A program made the translations under genes and the position numbers. Under the pieces are notes generated by a model. The model searched no databases. It worked only from the letters and a program-made list of their open reading frames with translations, and was not told the origin of the DNA. Shown here piece after piece: positions 50,991-64,000 of a DNA stretch of 64,000 nt (position 1 is its first letter; each line of letters starts with the position of its first letter). This DNA comes from Saccostrea cucullata (lineage: Eukaryota): positions 1-64,000 of the forward strand of contig NW_026929847.1 in NCBI RefSeq assembly GCF_032062105.1. The letters are read 5' to 3'.

Positions 50991-52706
50991 TCACTTCTGA
51001 TACTTTATTTTCTTCACCTGTCTATTTCTATTTTGAGCAATAAACAAATTGTCATTTGAATCTATACACAGTCCAAAGGGTTCACTCAGTCCACAGTCTA
51101 TGTAACGGAGGAACTGTCCATCCTGGTCTATGATGTGGATACAGTCATTGTGATAATCAGCGGTAAGGATGTGACTCTGACTGTCTGTGGTGATTCCATG
51201 TGGACAGAATGGTTTGTTCCTTGGAGCAGGAGTATGTCCAGTGTAACTGAATCGCAGTTTCCCAGCCTGATTGACCACCACTACTCCTTTAACTCCCTGA
51301 TCAGACACGCAGATATTTAGGTTCCTGTTCTCAGTTATGTGTCTAGTAAAACAGCCAGTTGAATAGAGAGGATTCCCTTTATCATCAAATTGAATGGTTT
51401 GCTTCTCTGTGGAGCCAGAGTAACAGACAACTTTTGTTTGTTTGTCATCATCAGTGCTCATGATAAGCAGGAGGTCACCAGAAGAGGTACTACAGACAGT
51501 GCGAGGTCTCCAGTTCTGTAGTCTGATCACCTCCTCTATCTTCTCATTCTTCACAATGTTCACAGTTCCATCTTTGTTATCAGTATAAACTAGATTTCCA
51601 CTTTTTGTCACTGCTATGTCCCCTGCCAAAATCCCTGACTTGGTTCTGATTGACTTTAGTAGTGATCCCTGATTGATACTGTAGAGTTTCATGGTGTTCT
51701 CATTTCCATGTGTCCAGATTTCTTCGTCACTCAGACAGGCCACATTGCATAGGTAATCTTTAAATCGAGTATATATTGTGGTGACAATCTCTGGTTGATC
51801 AAGCAGCTGTTTGACAGGAGGAGAGGATCCAGCTTCTGTTAACTTCTCTTGTAAAGGAGATAAGGTAGCTCCGAACAATCCCTGTGCTGTTTTTATATTG
51901 TCACCTTGGGTATTAGGTGATATTGTTGTTGCGACTATTTTTCCAAAAATATGCTCCTGTACGGAGAATGGTAAAAATTGTGGCATGGTAGTGTTTAATT
52001 TAGGGGGAAGTATCCTGTATTTGTTAAAGTCTAATTGGAAGTTTAACAATTTGAAAATATCTGTAGAATCTATCAACTTTTGCATAGAAATAATATCTTC
52101 ATTTAATTTAGAGGTGCACGTATGTACATTTGACAAATGTGATTTAAGAATTTCATTATGTTTGTGTTTCATCTCTTCAACTTCAGCTCTCAGTTTCTTG
52201 ACAAGTTTGTCAATTTCTCTGTGCCAGTCCTCTCCATGTTTTGTTATGGCTATTAAGAGTTCCTCATGTTGCACATTTAGTTGGCTCATTGTGTTTTGTA
52301 CATCAGAGGCAATGTCCAGGTACGCTTGATGGATGGATCCCTCCAATTCATTAATTTCTGTTTGGATTTCTGCTTTCTTTTTGGCAAGAATGCGATTTAT
52401 TAAGTGGACATTATGTTCTTTGTGTTTTCTGGAGGCAATACAAGCGGAGCAAACCGGAATATCGCATTCCTTGCAGTGCAACTCACAGCTGTAATCTGAG
52501 TGAAGTTCACATCGAGGGTAGAGGAGAGTAGATTCCCTGTCCTGAAATTTGACGACTTTGTGATCTTTATATTCACCTGTTGAGATGTGTTCTCCCACAC
52601 AGACCTTACACAGGTTGACAAGGCATATATCGCAGTGCATCTGTACCTTAGCGGTCTCACACATGTCACATCGCATCACATCCTTGCCAATGGTAAGGGG
52701 GTCCAT
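50991..52706 (-). CDS. Intact RING-less TRIM-like protein, 571 aa (B-box1, B-box2, coiled coil, NHL-type beta-propeller; TRIM2/3/71-like)
   Basis: CDMC..HCDIC..LCKVCVGEH and CELH..HCKECDIPVCSAC..HKEH, followed by a helical region and [16 protein letters not shown] / PFGLCIDSNDNLFIA repeats. Start context accATGG. Confidence 0.92.
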   Translation of the reverse strand: MDPLTIGKDVMRCDMCETAKVQMHCDICLVNLCKVCVGEHISTGEYKDHKVVKFQDRESTLLYPRCELHSDYSCELHCKECDIPVCSACIASRKHKEHNVHLINRILAKKKAEIQTEINELEGSIHQAYLDIASDVQNTMSQLNVQHEELLIAITKHGEDWHREIDKLVKKLRAEVEEMKHKHNEILKSHLSNVHTCTSKLNEDIISMQKLIDSTDIFKLLNFQLDFNKYRILPPKLNTTMPQFLPFSVQEHIFGKIVATTISPNTQGDNIKTAQGLFGATLSPLQEKLTEAGSSPPVKQLLDQPEIVTTIYTRFKDYLCNVACLSDEEIWTHGNENTMKLYSINQGSLLKSIRTKSGILAGDIAVTKSGNLVYTDNKDGTVNIVKNEKIEEVIRLQNWRPRTVCSTSSGDLLLIMSTDDDKQTKVVCYSGSTEKQTIQFDDKGNPLYSTGCFTRHITENRNLNICVSDQGVKGVVVVNQAGKLRFSYTGHTPAPRNKPFCPHGITTDSQSHILTADYHNDCIHIIDQDGQFLRYIDCGLSEPFGLCIDSNDNLFIAQNRNRQVKKIKYQK

Positions 52707-53227
52707 GGTTTGGAATTTTTACACTAAAGTGAATACAGTACACCAGGTTACAGTTGATATCTAGTTTTTAAAAAAAGTTGTACTTTTGCATTACAGACTT
52801 CACTGTTGCATTGCTGATAGGAAATCAGACCAAAGACACTTATATCAGTGATTGTGACTTTAAAAAATATTAGTTTATGTTTAATTTGAGATCTATAAAT
52901 AAGAAATCTTTGTAAATGTGCTCTAAAAATATTTAATTAAAAAGTTGAAGAACTCATTGGGTATGAATGATACATTGTACGTTTCCCAACACCTTTGTGC
53001 CTGATAAGTTTGTAATTTAACAATAAAATCTTATTTAGTATCTTAATAGTGAAACGAGTGGAGGGGGTGTCATATTAATTCAGTAAGATGTAACGGGTGA
53101 CATTTTTTGGGGAGGCATATCGACTGTTTAACAAAAAAATTATAGTTACTGTTTGTGTAAATTTTTGGAAAAAATAGATATGACGAAAAAATGTATAAAA
53201 TATCAATTTTGTGAAATAGTACAGTCA

Positions 53228-53365
53228 TTTACCTTTTTAGTAATGGCTACCGCGTGTCCTTGTTATACTCTGATCACGTATCAAACTGGTTTTCTACCTG
53301 GTGTTTATACATCAACAACTGGAAGCTAAGGACATTTAAATATTCTGCAGACTGTGTGTCCTATA
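53228..53365 (-). promoter_or_regulatory. Putative non-coding first exon/promoter block of the TRIM-like gene (intron ~52724..53232)
   Basis: Minus-strand donor AG|GTAAA at 53232 and acceptor ctttag 17 nt before the ATG. Similar blocks lie at ~7090, 16181, 24418 and 36495. Confidence 0.55.
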
Positions 53366-54729
53366 CTGTCACCCCCTGTTTCATCGCATTACAAAATACC
53401 GGTAGAGTGTTCAATAGCTTGCTGAATAGCTAAATAAGGAACTGTAAATTCACATATTTTCGTGGGGTCAAATTTTCGTGGTAATAGTAAAAACCCTTGG
53501 TTCGCGGAGATTTGAATTCGTGGATGTAGAATTGTTGAGAAGGTGTGCATGTAACATATTATATTTCGTGGTAGACTTGAATTCGTGTCTCTTTATACCA
53601 CGAAAATAACGAAAATTTAACCCCACAAAAATTTGTGATTTTGTAGTATTCAATTTGGTTTGATTTAAACATAATTTATTGAAACATAATCAATATGATT
53701 GGACACAAGTTATGCCAACTCAGAATGCCCTCTTCAACACACAAAAAAAAAAAAACATTTATATACACGTGATAAACAACAAACAAATCTACAAGACAAA
53801 AAAGAAGAAACGTGAGCAGAGAGTAAGAAAGGAAGGGAGTAAGAGTGGAAGGAAAGATGAAAGAAGGAAGGTGATGTAAATGATGCAGAATGATAAAGCT
53901 GGTTGTTCAAAAAATCTTTTAGAATTTTTAATATACATTGTACTTAGGTACAGCTTTAACAACATTGATAATATTTTGTTGACCCAAGTTTGGGTCCCCC
54001 ATAGGGATTTTGACAATTTCTATTTCTCTATATATACTCCTTATTTTTCATATTATGAAATAATTCTGTTCTTATTTCAGTATAATTTTTACAATAGAGG
54101 AAGAAATGCTCAGTGTTTTTATTGATATATCCATAAGAACACTGGGCACTGTCTGAAAGTCTAAACTTATACAGATCTGACTTTAGAAGGCTTACATAAT
54201 ATCTCATTCTGGTTAAATTTGAATTTGTTACTTTTGGGGGGATTCACCTTTAAGGCCGGTATACACGATGAGATTTGTAGTATAATGCAAGTATTTTAAT
54301 ACTTTTGTATTATTATATTTTCTTGTACACACGCTAATACATATCTTATAAGATTGTAAATAAACTATTATTCCCACGTGTTTTCTCCTGCCAGATTTCT
54401 CTCTCTGTCAGAATAATAAAAACGATAATAATAAGCTCTGCTTCTAGCATCTTTTTTTTGTGGTAGGTACAGCTTGAAATATTTCACAAGTCCTCTTCCT
54501 CTTCCTATAAAACCACGAGTTTTTCGATATCTTTACTCGAAAAGTCGGCCATTATCATTTACCGTGTGCTTTATTTAGTAATGATATAAATAGGATGATC
54601 CCCAATGTGAGTACATTTAATTGGTTGACTGTGAAAGGTGAGTTAAGACTTGTATTAGGAAAAAGAGCATTGCTCTATTCTTAATACAGTTTTATAAGAT
54701 TCGAAAAATCTTATGATACACTGTATTAA

Positions 54730-57700
54730 GGGGGATGTACAAGCCATATTGGATCTAGTCTAGTGTGAAATAAGAAATACCAAGAATGCGCTTAATACTC
54801 TACTAAACTAGCCCAAAGTTACTCAAAGTGCTAATGCACTAATTACATACTGTTAGAGACCAAAATTAGTAAATAATTATGTTTATTTTGTTTTAATTAG
54901 GAGGAAATTAATCATGTTAGAACTGCGCAGCTACAGCATTCACGAGATGAAAAATGCTTTGAAAATGGTGTTAGTTTGATTCATTGATAATATGGCTACA
55001 ACCATTTGTTTCGCTTTTTTCTTGTCATTATCCATAATTCTTGAAAATTTGATTTTTCATATGGGTGTCTTCTTGAGGCCATGTGTTTATTTCGTCCGCC
55101 ATTCCTCTGTCACACAGAGTTCGAATAACATTGATTTTAGAATAAATGCGACCCTAATAACATCAAGACAAGAAATTACTAAGTTATAATCATTAGGTAA
55201 TATTACTTACTACTTTTATTTGTTGCATCGCTTCGTCTGATTAATGAAAAAACGCGATTTTAACCCCACTCCAGCAAATCGGGAAAAACTGTTCTGTTTA
55301 TAGCTCGAGTTTCCTCGTTAATATTATTACACTGAGCACGTGGTAGGCATGTGCATATATCTGCTTTGGATAGATGCGTTTATTACCATGATTATATTTA
55401 ATTTTTCATGGAACAAGTCTTGATAATTTTTTGGTTTCTTTAAAACTAAAGAAAAAAGATAAAAAATGTCCTAAACATATGTGACATTTTGTGTTTACGT
55501 CGGGTCTTTTTTCTGTGGCGATAGAAGTTATTTTGAAATGGGGCACTGCAAGGAGGATGCTTAGCATTTAATTTGAAAATGTTAAACAATATGCGGTGCA
55601 TGAAAAACAAAGTGTAATTACATGTCTACATTCGAAAAGTTGGTACATATGTCTATTTTGTTTAGCAGTTAGACAGAAAAAATAGGCAGTTATAGGATTT
55701 CCTTCAGGCACCTCACATAAATAGCTTGATTGTTTGCAATGACCCACACATTGTATGGAGTAATGTTTGGACATAAAAACGTATCATGTCTCATTATGTT
55801 GATAACGTTGTAAGCTCTCGCTCATTGAACATACGAAGCTTGATAAAATATATTGAGTTGTTTCTTTGAAATTTAGAAGCAAGCACAATGTTTGTAAAGA
55901 AAGGTCCATTGCATATGATATGTCTATCATCGCAAAAATGAGAGGCTACCCCCCCCCCCCCTCGAAAATCCTTGTGTTCTTTTTTCAAAATAGTGCCAAA
56001 GATTCAAAAATTTTGCATTACTAAGAGTGTGATGGAACATATACTAGCCTTATAAGACCATTTGTTATAAAAATATTTGGTTGCCCTCTCTCCCGATCTA
56101 CTGCCTAGAAATGGCCCGACTCAATTTTATTTTACATCCAATTACACGATTTTTTTTCTTCCGTCAATAAATATGTCTAAATTTTTAAAGAAAAAATTTC
56201 TCACCTATAAAAACGGACCCAATAACTTTTTCCAGAGTTGGGAGGACCACCAAACGTCATTTTAAAGATGGTATAAAATATTTAATTATGTTGATTTTTT
56301 TCTTTACTCTGTAAAATTGTAATTTTGACAAAATGGGCAAATAGAAAAAAAAAGTTTTTATTCATTAAATCTCCTAACCCACTCTGAATGATTTTATTCC
56401 TTTTCAAACGTTGCTCCGCTGTAATAAAAATTGTAAATGTTTATTTGACAGAGTAATGGGGGGGGGGGGGGGGTGATCAAAAAGTAAACGATATCTTAGG
56501 TATTTGATAGTTATATTATTGTTGAAATATTCAAGTATTTTTCAAAGTTCAAATTGGAGATCTTTGGTAGCATATTGCTTAATTAAAAACACACCCCTTT
56601 TCAAACTTGCTTTCACCAGGCAACATAACAAGTATCATATTCAACCATCTGCCTTCCTTCACTAAAACGATCAATCCAATCATTGATTGAATTATTAGGA
56701 AGTCTTAATAAACTGTGAACAAATTCTTATACGCTACTTCAAAGGCATTTTTAAGATATACCATAAATATTTTAGTCGTTTGTTGAACGAGTTCCAATGA
56801 GACAACCATTTTTCGTCACAAGTACCTGCATAATGACGTCATTTTCACATTGTGAGCAAAACTTTATTCAGCATATGCTATTTATAGAACTTGTGTTTGC
56901 CCCAAATTTGTTTCTAATCTAAATTGTGGTTTTGTAGATAAAGAGATAGTTCGAGAACTTTTTGATCACCCCTCGTACTAGTAGGTAATAACACAAGGTC
57001 ATTCATATCGATTTTATGTGTTTAATTTCTTTGTGTTTCATTGGTGATAATTAAACTTTTGATAGATATTATATTAAATTATCTGTGGTAAACTTACAAA
57101 ATCTTAATTTTTAACTTTGATGGTGCTCATTTTTCTTTACCTGGAATCAAAGAGTTTATATCAATACGTACACTATTTAACAACTGTTCGATAATAATAC
57201 TCAATAAATTACTTCAAGCCACACTATAACACATTTCCTCTTTTAAAGGTGTTCATATTATTTGAAACATTTTGCAACTCTAATTCTCTTCTACGTTTAA
57301 AGATTGTTATGTCCCTCCATATTAAGAAGAGGTCTGGAAAACAAAATTCTGTGCTAAAAATAGACCACGTGCTGCTATCAATGAACTACTTTCATGGTTC
57401 TTTACACTCTTTTTGAAGACAACGATACCTTGTTTTGAACTTGAAATTATCATTTAAAAGTGCAAAATTTAGGCATTTTCTCAACAAATGGTTGTAGAGA
57501 GAACATTAATGCACAGTTTGCGTATTTTTTTGGATTTTTTAAGGCTCTGCTGAATTTTGTAGATGCGCAGTTCTAAGGAGCATATCAAAAGCATTTTTCT
57601 GCAAAAGTATAGATTATATATGCACAACATGCATTCAGTTATGCATATTTATTGTATCTTTATCATAAAGACTTAAAATTTGATCAAAATATAATGTACT

Positions 57701-57764
57701 TTAGCCATTTGAAGAAATGTTTACATTTTGTTCTCACTGCACTAAAGGTGGCCGTACATCCCCC
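54730..57764. mobile_element. ~3-kb Kolobok-like non-autonomous element
   Basis: ttaa|gggggatgtac ... gtacatccccc|ttaa, with subterminal agaactgcgca / tgcgcagttct. Confidence 0.75.
56458..56977. mobile_element. Tc1/mariner-like MITE
   Basis: ggggtgatcaaaaagt ... actttttgatcacccctcg|ta. The left end has expanded into poly-G. Confidence 0.65.
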
Positions 57765-58537
57765 TTAAGAGTGTATACACAGTAAGATTTTGTATTATAA
57801 TACAAATCTTATAATATAAATGTTACCGTGTATACCGGCCTTTGGAGAATCTTTATTTAATGCATTTACAATATCAAGGTTTCTAATCTCAGTAGTCAAT
57901 GCATAAAAGGAGCAAAGTCATGAGGAGAAGAATATATTGGATATTAAGAATATTTCTCTTGATCAAATCATGTACTTGGAAGAGGAAAAACAGTACTCTT
58001 CTTCTTAGGTTTTTTTAAATAAAAAATCTTTTTCTCCGTATGATTATCTTCTGACATACAGAGTAATAATTTCCATTCACCGCACGATATGTCATTAGAT
58101 CATTACCCATGATCTAAGACGCCAAATCTAAAAAAGTAAAGACAGCTAATTCTCATGCAGCGACAGCAGACGGCAGACAGGAATGTCGACTTCATTCATA
58201 AAGCGTAACGGTTGCGTAACCAAAGCCTAAAATGAGGCTATAGTGCATTGATAAATTGAAAGAATTGAGGGATAGTAAGAACTATGATTCATAATTACAA
58301 CATTTACCAAAGAGAGAGATTTTAAGCAGGTCTTGTCGCAATCACGTGACCTCTACCCTAATTTGGTCTAACAGGTATGACATTTGATTTGAATCTAGGT
58401 CATGAGGTTACACAGAGGCATTATTAGATTTTACAGGTTAATGTGAGTTGCTTTCAATGATGTATGAAGCCACATGTTTGTGCTATAATTCTGTAAATAA
58501 ATGCAAATCAAAATTTTTCTTAAATTGCAAATATCTT

Positions 58538-58819
58538 TATCTCACCTGAGCTGAAAGCTCAAGTGAACTTTTCTGATCACCCAATGTTCATCTTCCGTCA
58601 TTCTGTAAACTTTTCACATTTCTTCTTCTCAAGAACCAATAATTTTAATTAAACTTGGTACAAAACATTCTTGAAATTACCAAGACAGGTTGGGGTCATT
58701 GAAAAAATCTTCCTCTCGAGAAAAACTTTACCAGAAAATCTTAAATGGAAGCATCCTCAGGTAGTGTAGATTCTCAATTGTTGAACTCATGCCCCCCTGG
58801 CGTGGAGCGGTCCACAATA
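58538..58819 (+). mobile_element. Degenerate Helentron-associated element running into an assembly gap (58820..58966)
   Basis: Head ctcacctgagctgaaagctcaagtgaacttttctgatcac. Confidence 0.7.
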
Positions 58820-60264
58820 NNNNNNNNNNNNNNNNNNNNNNNNNNNNNNNNNNNNNNNNNNNNNNNNNNNNNNNNNNNNNNNNNNNNNNNNNNNNNNNNN
58901 NNNNNNNNNNNNNNNNNNNNNNNNNNNNNNNNNNNNNNNNNNNNNNNNNNNNNNNNNNNNNNNNNNTAAACACGGAAGTAATGTTGTTGACTGCAATTTG
59001 TGAACAAGAAATAAAATTGAATTCCAAAGTGTATCAAAAATTTGAAATTTGATGCTTACATTTTTAATAGGTATATGATATTATTTATTATTTAGTATGT
59101 AAATTTATTCATAATTTTGTTAAAGTATTTAACTTGTTGATATATATACACGGGGCATTGGACATGCACATTTGAGCACTGTGGAACACAGGAACAGCGA
59201 TTAATTAAAACGATGTCCATGCATGACAAAATTAATGCTGCTGCATATTTGTTTTCTAAGCAATTCACAAATGCTTAAATTTGAATTAATGATAAGAAGT
59301 CTTAATATTAAAATATATATTCCATATACATGTACATTTCTTTCAGAGAGAGAGAAAAAGAAAGAAAAAAAGGAGCGAGTGAGACATCTTTGCACATATA
59401 GTAATTAGTATTAAGTATTAAGTTCTTATAAGCGCTACTTTTATATCATAATTTAAAATGTATAGCCATTTTAATTTTAATCCATAGTAAATCTTACTGA
59501 TGTACCCCGATAGCCAGCCTTCGGTGAACTGTCGATTTTGAAGCGTGTAAAAAAGGGAGGGAGGTAAGTAGACAAGCCAAAAACATCTCCGAATTAAAAG
59601 ACCGGTTAAAGTTCAAGGTAAAAATTAAGTCCCTCTTTGATTAAATAAAAATACTGGGAAACCGTCTACATCAACAGTGTTTTTTTAATATAAATTAACA
59701 GTAAGAGAACATGCTAAGGGAAAAAAGGGGAAAAAAATACGGAGGATGGGGATGCCACGAAAATTTTGCTAAAAAAAAAAATTGTTTCAAAAACACATTT
59801 AAAATGATCAAATAAATACATTATACAGGAATTGTATGATAAAAATTACTATTGTTTTCTAAAAAATTTCCAATGAAATGGTTGAATGAAATCCTACTCG
59901 AACCTGTATTGCAATATGTTAAGAAATTAAATACAGCTAGTGTAGACTTTTCCCAAAAGCATTATACCGTATGTTGGTGGAATTAACAATATTGCATCGA
60001 CAGTGATATTATGAATGAGGATAATTATAAATCAAAAGAAAAAACTATATAGATTACAGTAAGCGAAAAGAAAACGAATTTCTGGCTAATGTCAGATATA
60101 TGGATATGTATTAAGAATACATAACTATAGATAGAGCAAAAAGTATAAGTGACAAGTGGTTATGGGTGTAATTTCCATCACTTCCATTATTAAGTTATGA
60201 AAATGTGCGTGAAATATATTTCACTGACTATTGAATTCGTGATTTGAAATAAATATAGTCACGT

Positions 60265-61783
60265 TCTGTCCTATATCAATTCTTCCAACATTGTCCAAAT
60301 TATTTGAAAAACACATAGCCAATCAACTACGGGATTTTACTACTACCTTTGATCTTATTTATAAATCACAATCTGGTTTTCGAGAGTTTCATTCCTGTCA
60401 AACAGCATTAACAAAACTAACAGACAATTGGTTACAAGCGATGGATCAAGGAAATCTTGTAGGGTTAACTTTTCTAGACTTTAGTAAAGCATTCGATTTA
60501 GTCAATCACGATATTCTGATAAATAAACTTAAGTTGTATCACTTTGACCAAATGTCAATTAAATGGTTTTATTCCTATTTAAGCTCCAGAACACAATGTG
60601 TAAAATTAGGTACTTATTCCTCTAAATTCATGCCCGTCACAGCAGGTGTGCCACAAGGTTCTATTTTAGGACCACTTTTATTTTTACTGTACATAAATGA
60701 TCTTCCTCTACATGTAAATAATACAGATATTGATTTGTTTGCTGATGATGCAACTTTACATACATATCATAATAATGTGCATTCTATTGAAAATGCCCTA
60801 AATGTTGATTTGTGTGAGATTGAAGACTGGTGTTCTGGAAATCAAATGGTGTTGAATATTGAGAAGACAAAATGTATGCTTATGGGAACTCAGCATAGAA
60901 AATCTAAGTTAACATCTTCAAAATTAGATTTGTGTGTATCAGACAAAGTTCTCAAAAATGTTGAGTACATATTGACCATTCATTGCGCTATATTAGTCAT
61001 ATTGATTCTGTTTGCAAGTCCTTGACGTATAAACTATTTACATTACGTAAAATTAAAAATTTTCTCCCATTACACACGCGGAAACTTTTTTATAATGCAT
61101 ACATTCTGCCATCTTTAAATTATTGCTTAACTATATGGGGCAATGCTCCAGGTGCTGGCATAGAAAGAGTTTTTAAATTACAAAAAAGAGCAGCAAGAAT
61201 TATATTAGATGCGGCACCAGATGCTCCATCACAACCATTATTTGTGAAACTTGGTTGGCTGACCATATATGAATTAATAGATTTTCATAAATACATACTG
61301 CTTTATAAAACACTTCATGATATGACACCTGATTATCTGAGAGACTCGTTCGAATTTATTTCCTCCAATAATTATATTTTACGTTCTGAATCCAATTATG
61401 ACCTTAGTCTACCAAAGTATCGAACAAATCTGTTTAAAAATTCTTTTCAATATTCAGGCGTTCATTTATGGAACAAATTACCTCTTCATGTACGTTTTCC
61501 CCCAACTGTACAATCTTTTCGTAAAAATGTAGAAAAATTTATCATCAATGGACGCAACATTTCCTAATGAGTAACTTGTTTCTATGTTTCGATAATACAT
61601 TGTATATTTTTTTTTCCAAATGTAATTCACGTATGTAATACACTTGTAAATTTTCTGATTATTGTACTGTTGTATACGTAATTGTACATCTATGTATAGA
61701 GGGCCCCGAGGAAGACTAGTGCATTGCACTAATCGGGTTACCCTCTTTAAATAAAGTATTATTATTATTATTTTTATTATTAT
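60265..61783 (+). mobile_element. 5'-truncated CR1/L2-group LINE (reverse transcriptase domain and 3' end)
   Basis: Motifs QSGFR, FLDFSKAFDLV, GVPQGSILGPLLFLLYINDL and LFADD. Deletion/frameshift near 60970; C-terminal ORF 60983..61567. 3' stem-loop tagtgcattgcacta, AATAAA and (TAT)n tail. Confidence 0.9.
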
Positions 61784-62819
61784 TCTGCGTTAAAATCTTC
61801 AAATCTGATACATGTATCAAAATACCGCGCATATCTCTATCGACATTAATTTCTTTAAGTTTCGTTAAAATCGAGATAAGACTTTACTAGTATATCATAA
61901 TCCTACATGTAACATGACTCTACGGAAAGGAATTAATAAACAAACACAAATATTTCTACTTTTAAAGAAAGTATTGGCCATTACAGTCCACACAAGAAGC
62001 AACAGGGGGAACTACATTGAAAGTCCCCCCCCCCCCTCCACACACACAGATGCACACTTTTTGTTGCGGCATAGTCAAATTCGTGCACTACAAAAGAATT
62101 AGGCAGTCTGTTATGTTTGATTAAAAAAAATTGATACTGAAAGAAGATTGAACCTCCCCCCCCCCCCCCCCCCCGGATTCGAGTTTCAAAACCCCCCTCT
62201 CCCTTTTTTTGGTTGAGTAGTTTTTTTTTAATTAGATATTTTTTTTACTGGCTACCCCCCCCCCCTTTTTTTCAAATGAGTGTGTGGGGACAGGAGAAGA
62301 TACGAGTCAAATGTGTGGGGTTTTATAATATGTTTGGTATGTTTTGAAGTAATAACTAGGAAAACAATGGTTTGCATAAATATTTCAAGCGAATAAGAGT
62401 CAAATTAGAGCGGTATATTATTACTTAATTAAAAGTCTCATCGCCTCATACAAAAAGCATGAACGTGTGCTGGACGTAATATTTCATTAGTGGATGAGAC
62501 AATCGCATCGAAATGAGAAAAAAACCTATAAGGTGTCAAGTTAATTAGCCATTGCTACGAAGGAAAAAATGAATAGATGACCTTTCATGGACGCGTGGAA
62601 GATTTTGTTTTGCTTGTCAAGGAATATTTGGTGGTTGAAAGTGCTCACAACTGAAAAAAAATATCGCTGCCCCCCCCCCCCCCCTGCAAGCACACAACTA
62701 ATATGGCTTCCTACGGGCCTGTCGTTCTTGCGTAAAAATATAATAGTATTTATTCAGTTTCAGTTTCAAATAGATTTCGTCAAAATTTTAATGGAACTGT
62801 AATTTCGCACAGAAAAGTC

Positions 62820-62910
62820 TAGCTGCAGATCTGTAGCGTTATGATTTTACATACCATTACCATAGTCAAAGACAAATATGTAAAACCATAACCCTACAGA
62901 TCTGCAGCTA
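62820..62910. mobile_element. ~90-bp hairpin MITE-like element
   Basis: tagctgcagatctgtagcgttatg ... cataaccctacagatctgcagcta. Confidence 0.65.
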
Positions 62911-63134
62911 AGAAAAGTCAAGCAAGGCGTTTAGTGAACATATATAAGAAAGAGAAAAGAACAGTACAATTCACCATCTCGTTTGATTATATCATACAAT
63001 ATACATAAATCAAGAACTAAGAAGTTAAAAGACGGTTTCAATTTGAGGTATAAATTCAAAGAAAGTTTCAACTTAAGGTACGGTATATAAACAATTCATA
63101 AGAGAATCTATGGAACGCCGTCACTGCCTTATAG

Positions 63135-63960
63135 CAGAACACAACAATTGCATCGTGTCATCCTTCCATTACATTATGTCAACACATTATGACGTTTACT
63201 CACACAGCTATTGCATTGTGTCAACCTTAATGTCAACTCTTTATGATATTTACTCAACGTACTATTGTACTGTGTCAACCTTTCATTACATTATGTCAAC
63301 TCTTTATTATATAAACCCACAATACTATTGCATTATGTCAACATTCCATTACATTATGTCAACTCTTTATGACATTAACCCACAATACTATTGCATTATG
63401 TCAACCTTCCATTTTATTATGTCAACTCTTTATGACATTAGTCCACACTACTATTGCATTGTGTCAATCTTTCATTACATTATGTCAACTCTTTATGACA
63501 TTAACCCACAATACTATTGCATTATGTCAACCTTCCATTATATTATGTCAACTCTTTATGACATTAGTCCACACTACTACTGCATTGTGTCAATCTTTCA
63601 TTACATTATGTCAACTCTTTATGACACTTACACACACTACTTTTGCATTATGTCAACTTTCCATTACATTATGTTTAGTCTTTATGGCATTAACTCGCAC
63701 TTTAATTACATTGCGCCAATTTTCCATGGCATTATATCAGCTCTTTATGACATTAAGTCAAAACAATTTTACGTGGTGTAAAGATGTTTTTATATTTTTT
63801 CAACTCATTATTACATTATGTGCACTCTCTACTATTTAGTCTAAGTAGTTCATTACATGATGTGAATTTATCTTTAATTCAATATCAAGTCGATATAACA
63901 CGATGTCAGAATTTCATTACATGATCGGAACAAATTGTCACATGTGGCCAATTCTTTAGT
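63135..63960. repeat. 63-bp minisatellite built from three 21-bp subunits
   Basis: aactctttat recurs at 63361, 63424 and 63487 (period 63). The array degenerates towards both edges. Confidence 0.85.
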
Positions 63961-64000
63961 ACATGGTGTCATCAATATGCTAAAGGACGACGGGAATCTA

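Larger units (their letters stand above)
54254..57840. mobile_element. Harbinger-like MITE (TIR ggccggtatacacg) containing nested elements
   Basis: taa|ggccggtatacacg ... cgtgtataccggcc|ttt (TSD imperfect). Confidence 0.7.

Noticed and set aside
47991-59052. ORFs containing X runs
   Set aside because: They are artefacts of the assembly gaps at 48076-48242 and 58820-58966.
60291-61567. Domesticated or novel reverse transcriptase system
   Set aside because: It is 5'-truncated and frameshifted with a typical LINE 3' tail; an ordinary dead CR1/L2-group copy.

Overview
AT-rich animal genomic DNA, most likely from an oyster-type bivalve (inferred from the repeat families and the RING-less B-box/NHL gene family). 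The backbone is a degenerating tandem array. A minus-strand gene with a single coding exon (2x B-box, coiled coil, NHL-type propeller; TRIM2/3/71-like) is present five times; only 50991..52706 is intact. Three of these copies sit tail-to-tail with plus-strand 3' exons of the pre-rRNA processing gene ESF1. In the most complete ESF1 copy (158..3917) a tRNA-derived SINE with a 12-bp TSD interrupts a coding exon. The preceding exon ends in a tandem repeat of its own splice donor, which offers both phase-0 and phase-1 donors, so the damaged exon could be skipped in frame. In the third ESF1 copy the same exon has expanded into a ~6-kb, 36-bp minisatellite reading DSDDDLPAGVGE. The rest is nested non-autonomous transposons: a ~6-kb fully palindromic CACTA-ended element with a 3-bp TSD, hAT-, Kolobok-, Harbinger- and mariner-like MITEs, Helentron-type elements with ~166-bp satellite units, Penelope-like fragments, a 5'-truncated CR1/L2-group LINE and a 63-bp minisatellite. 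All calls were made by eye; no searches were run.
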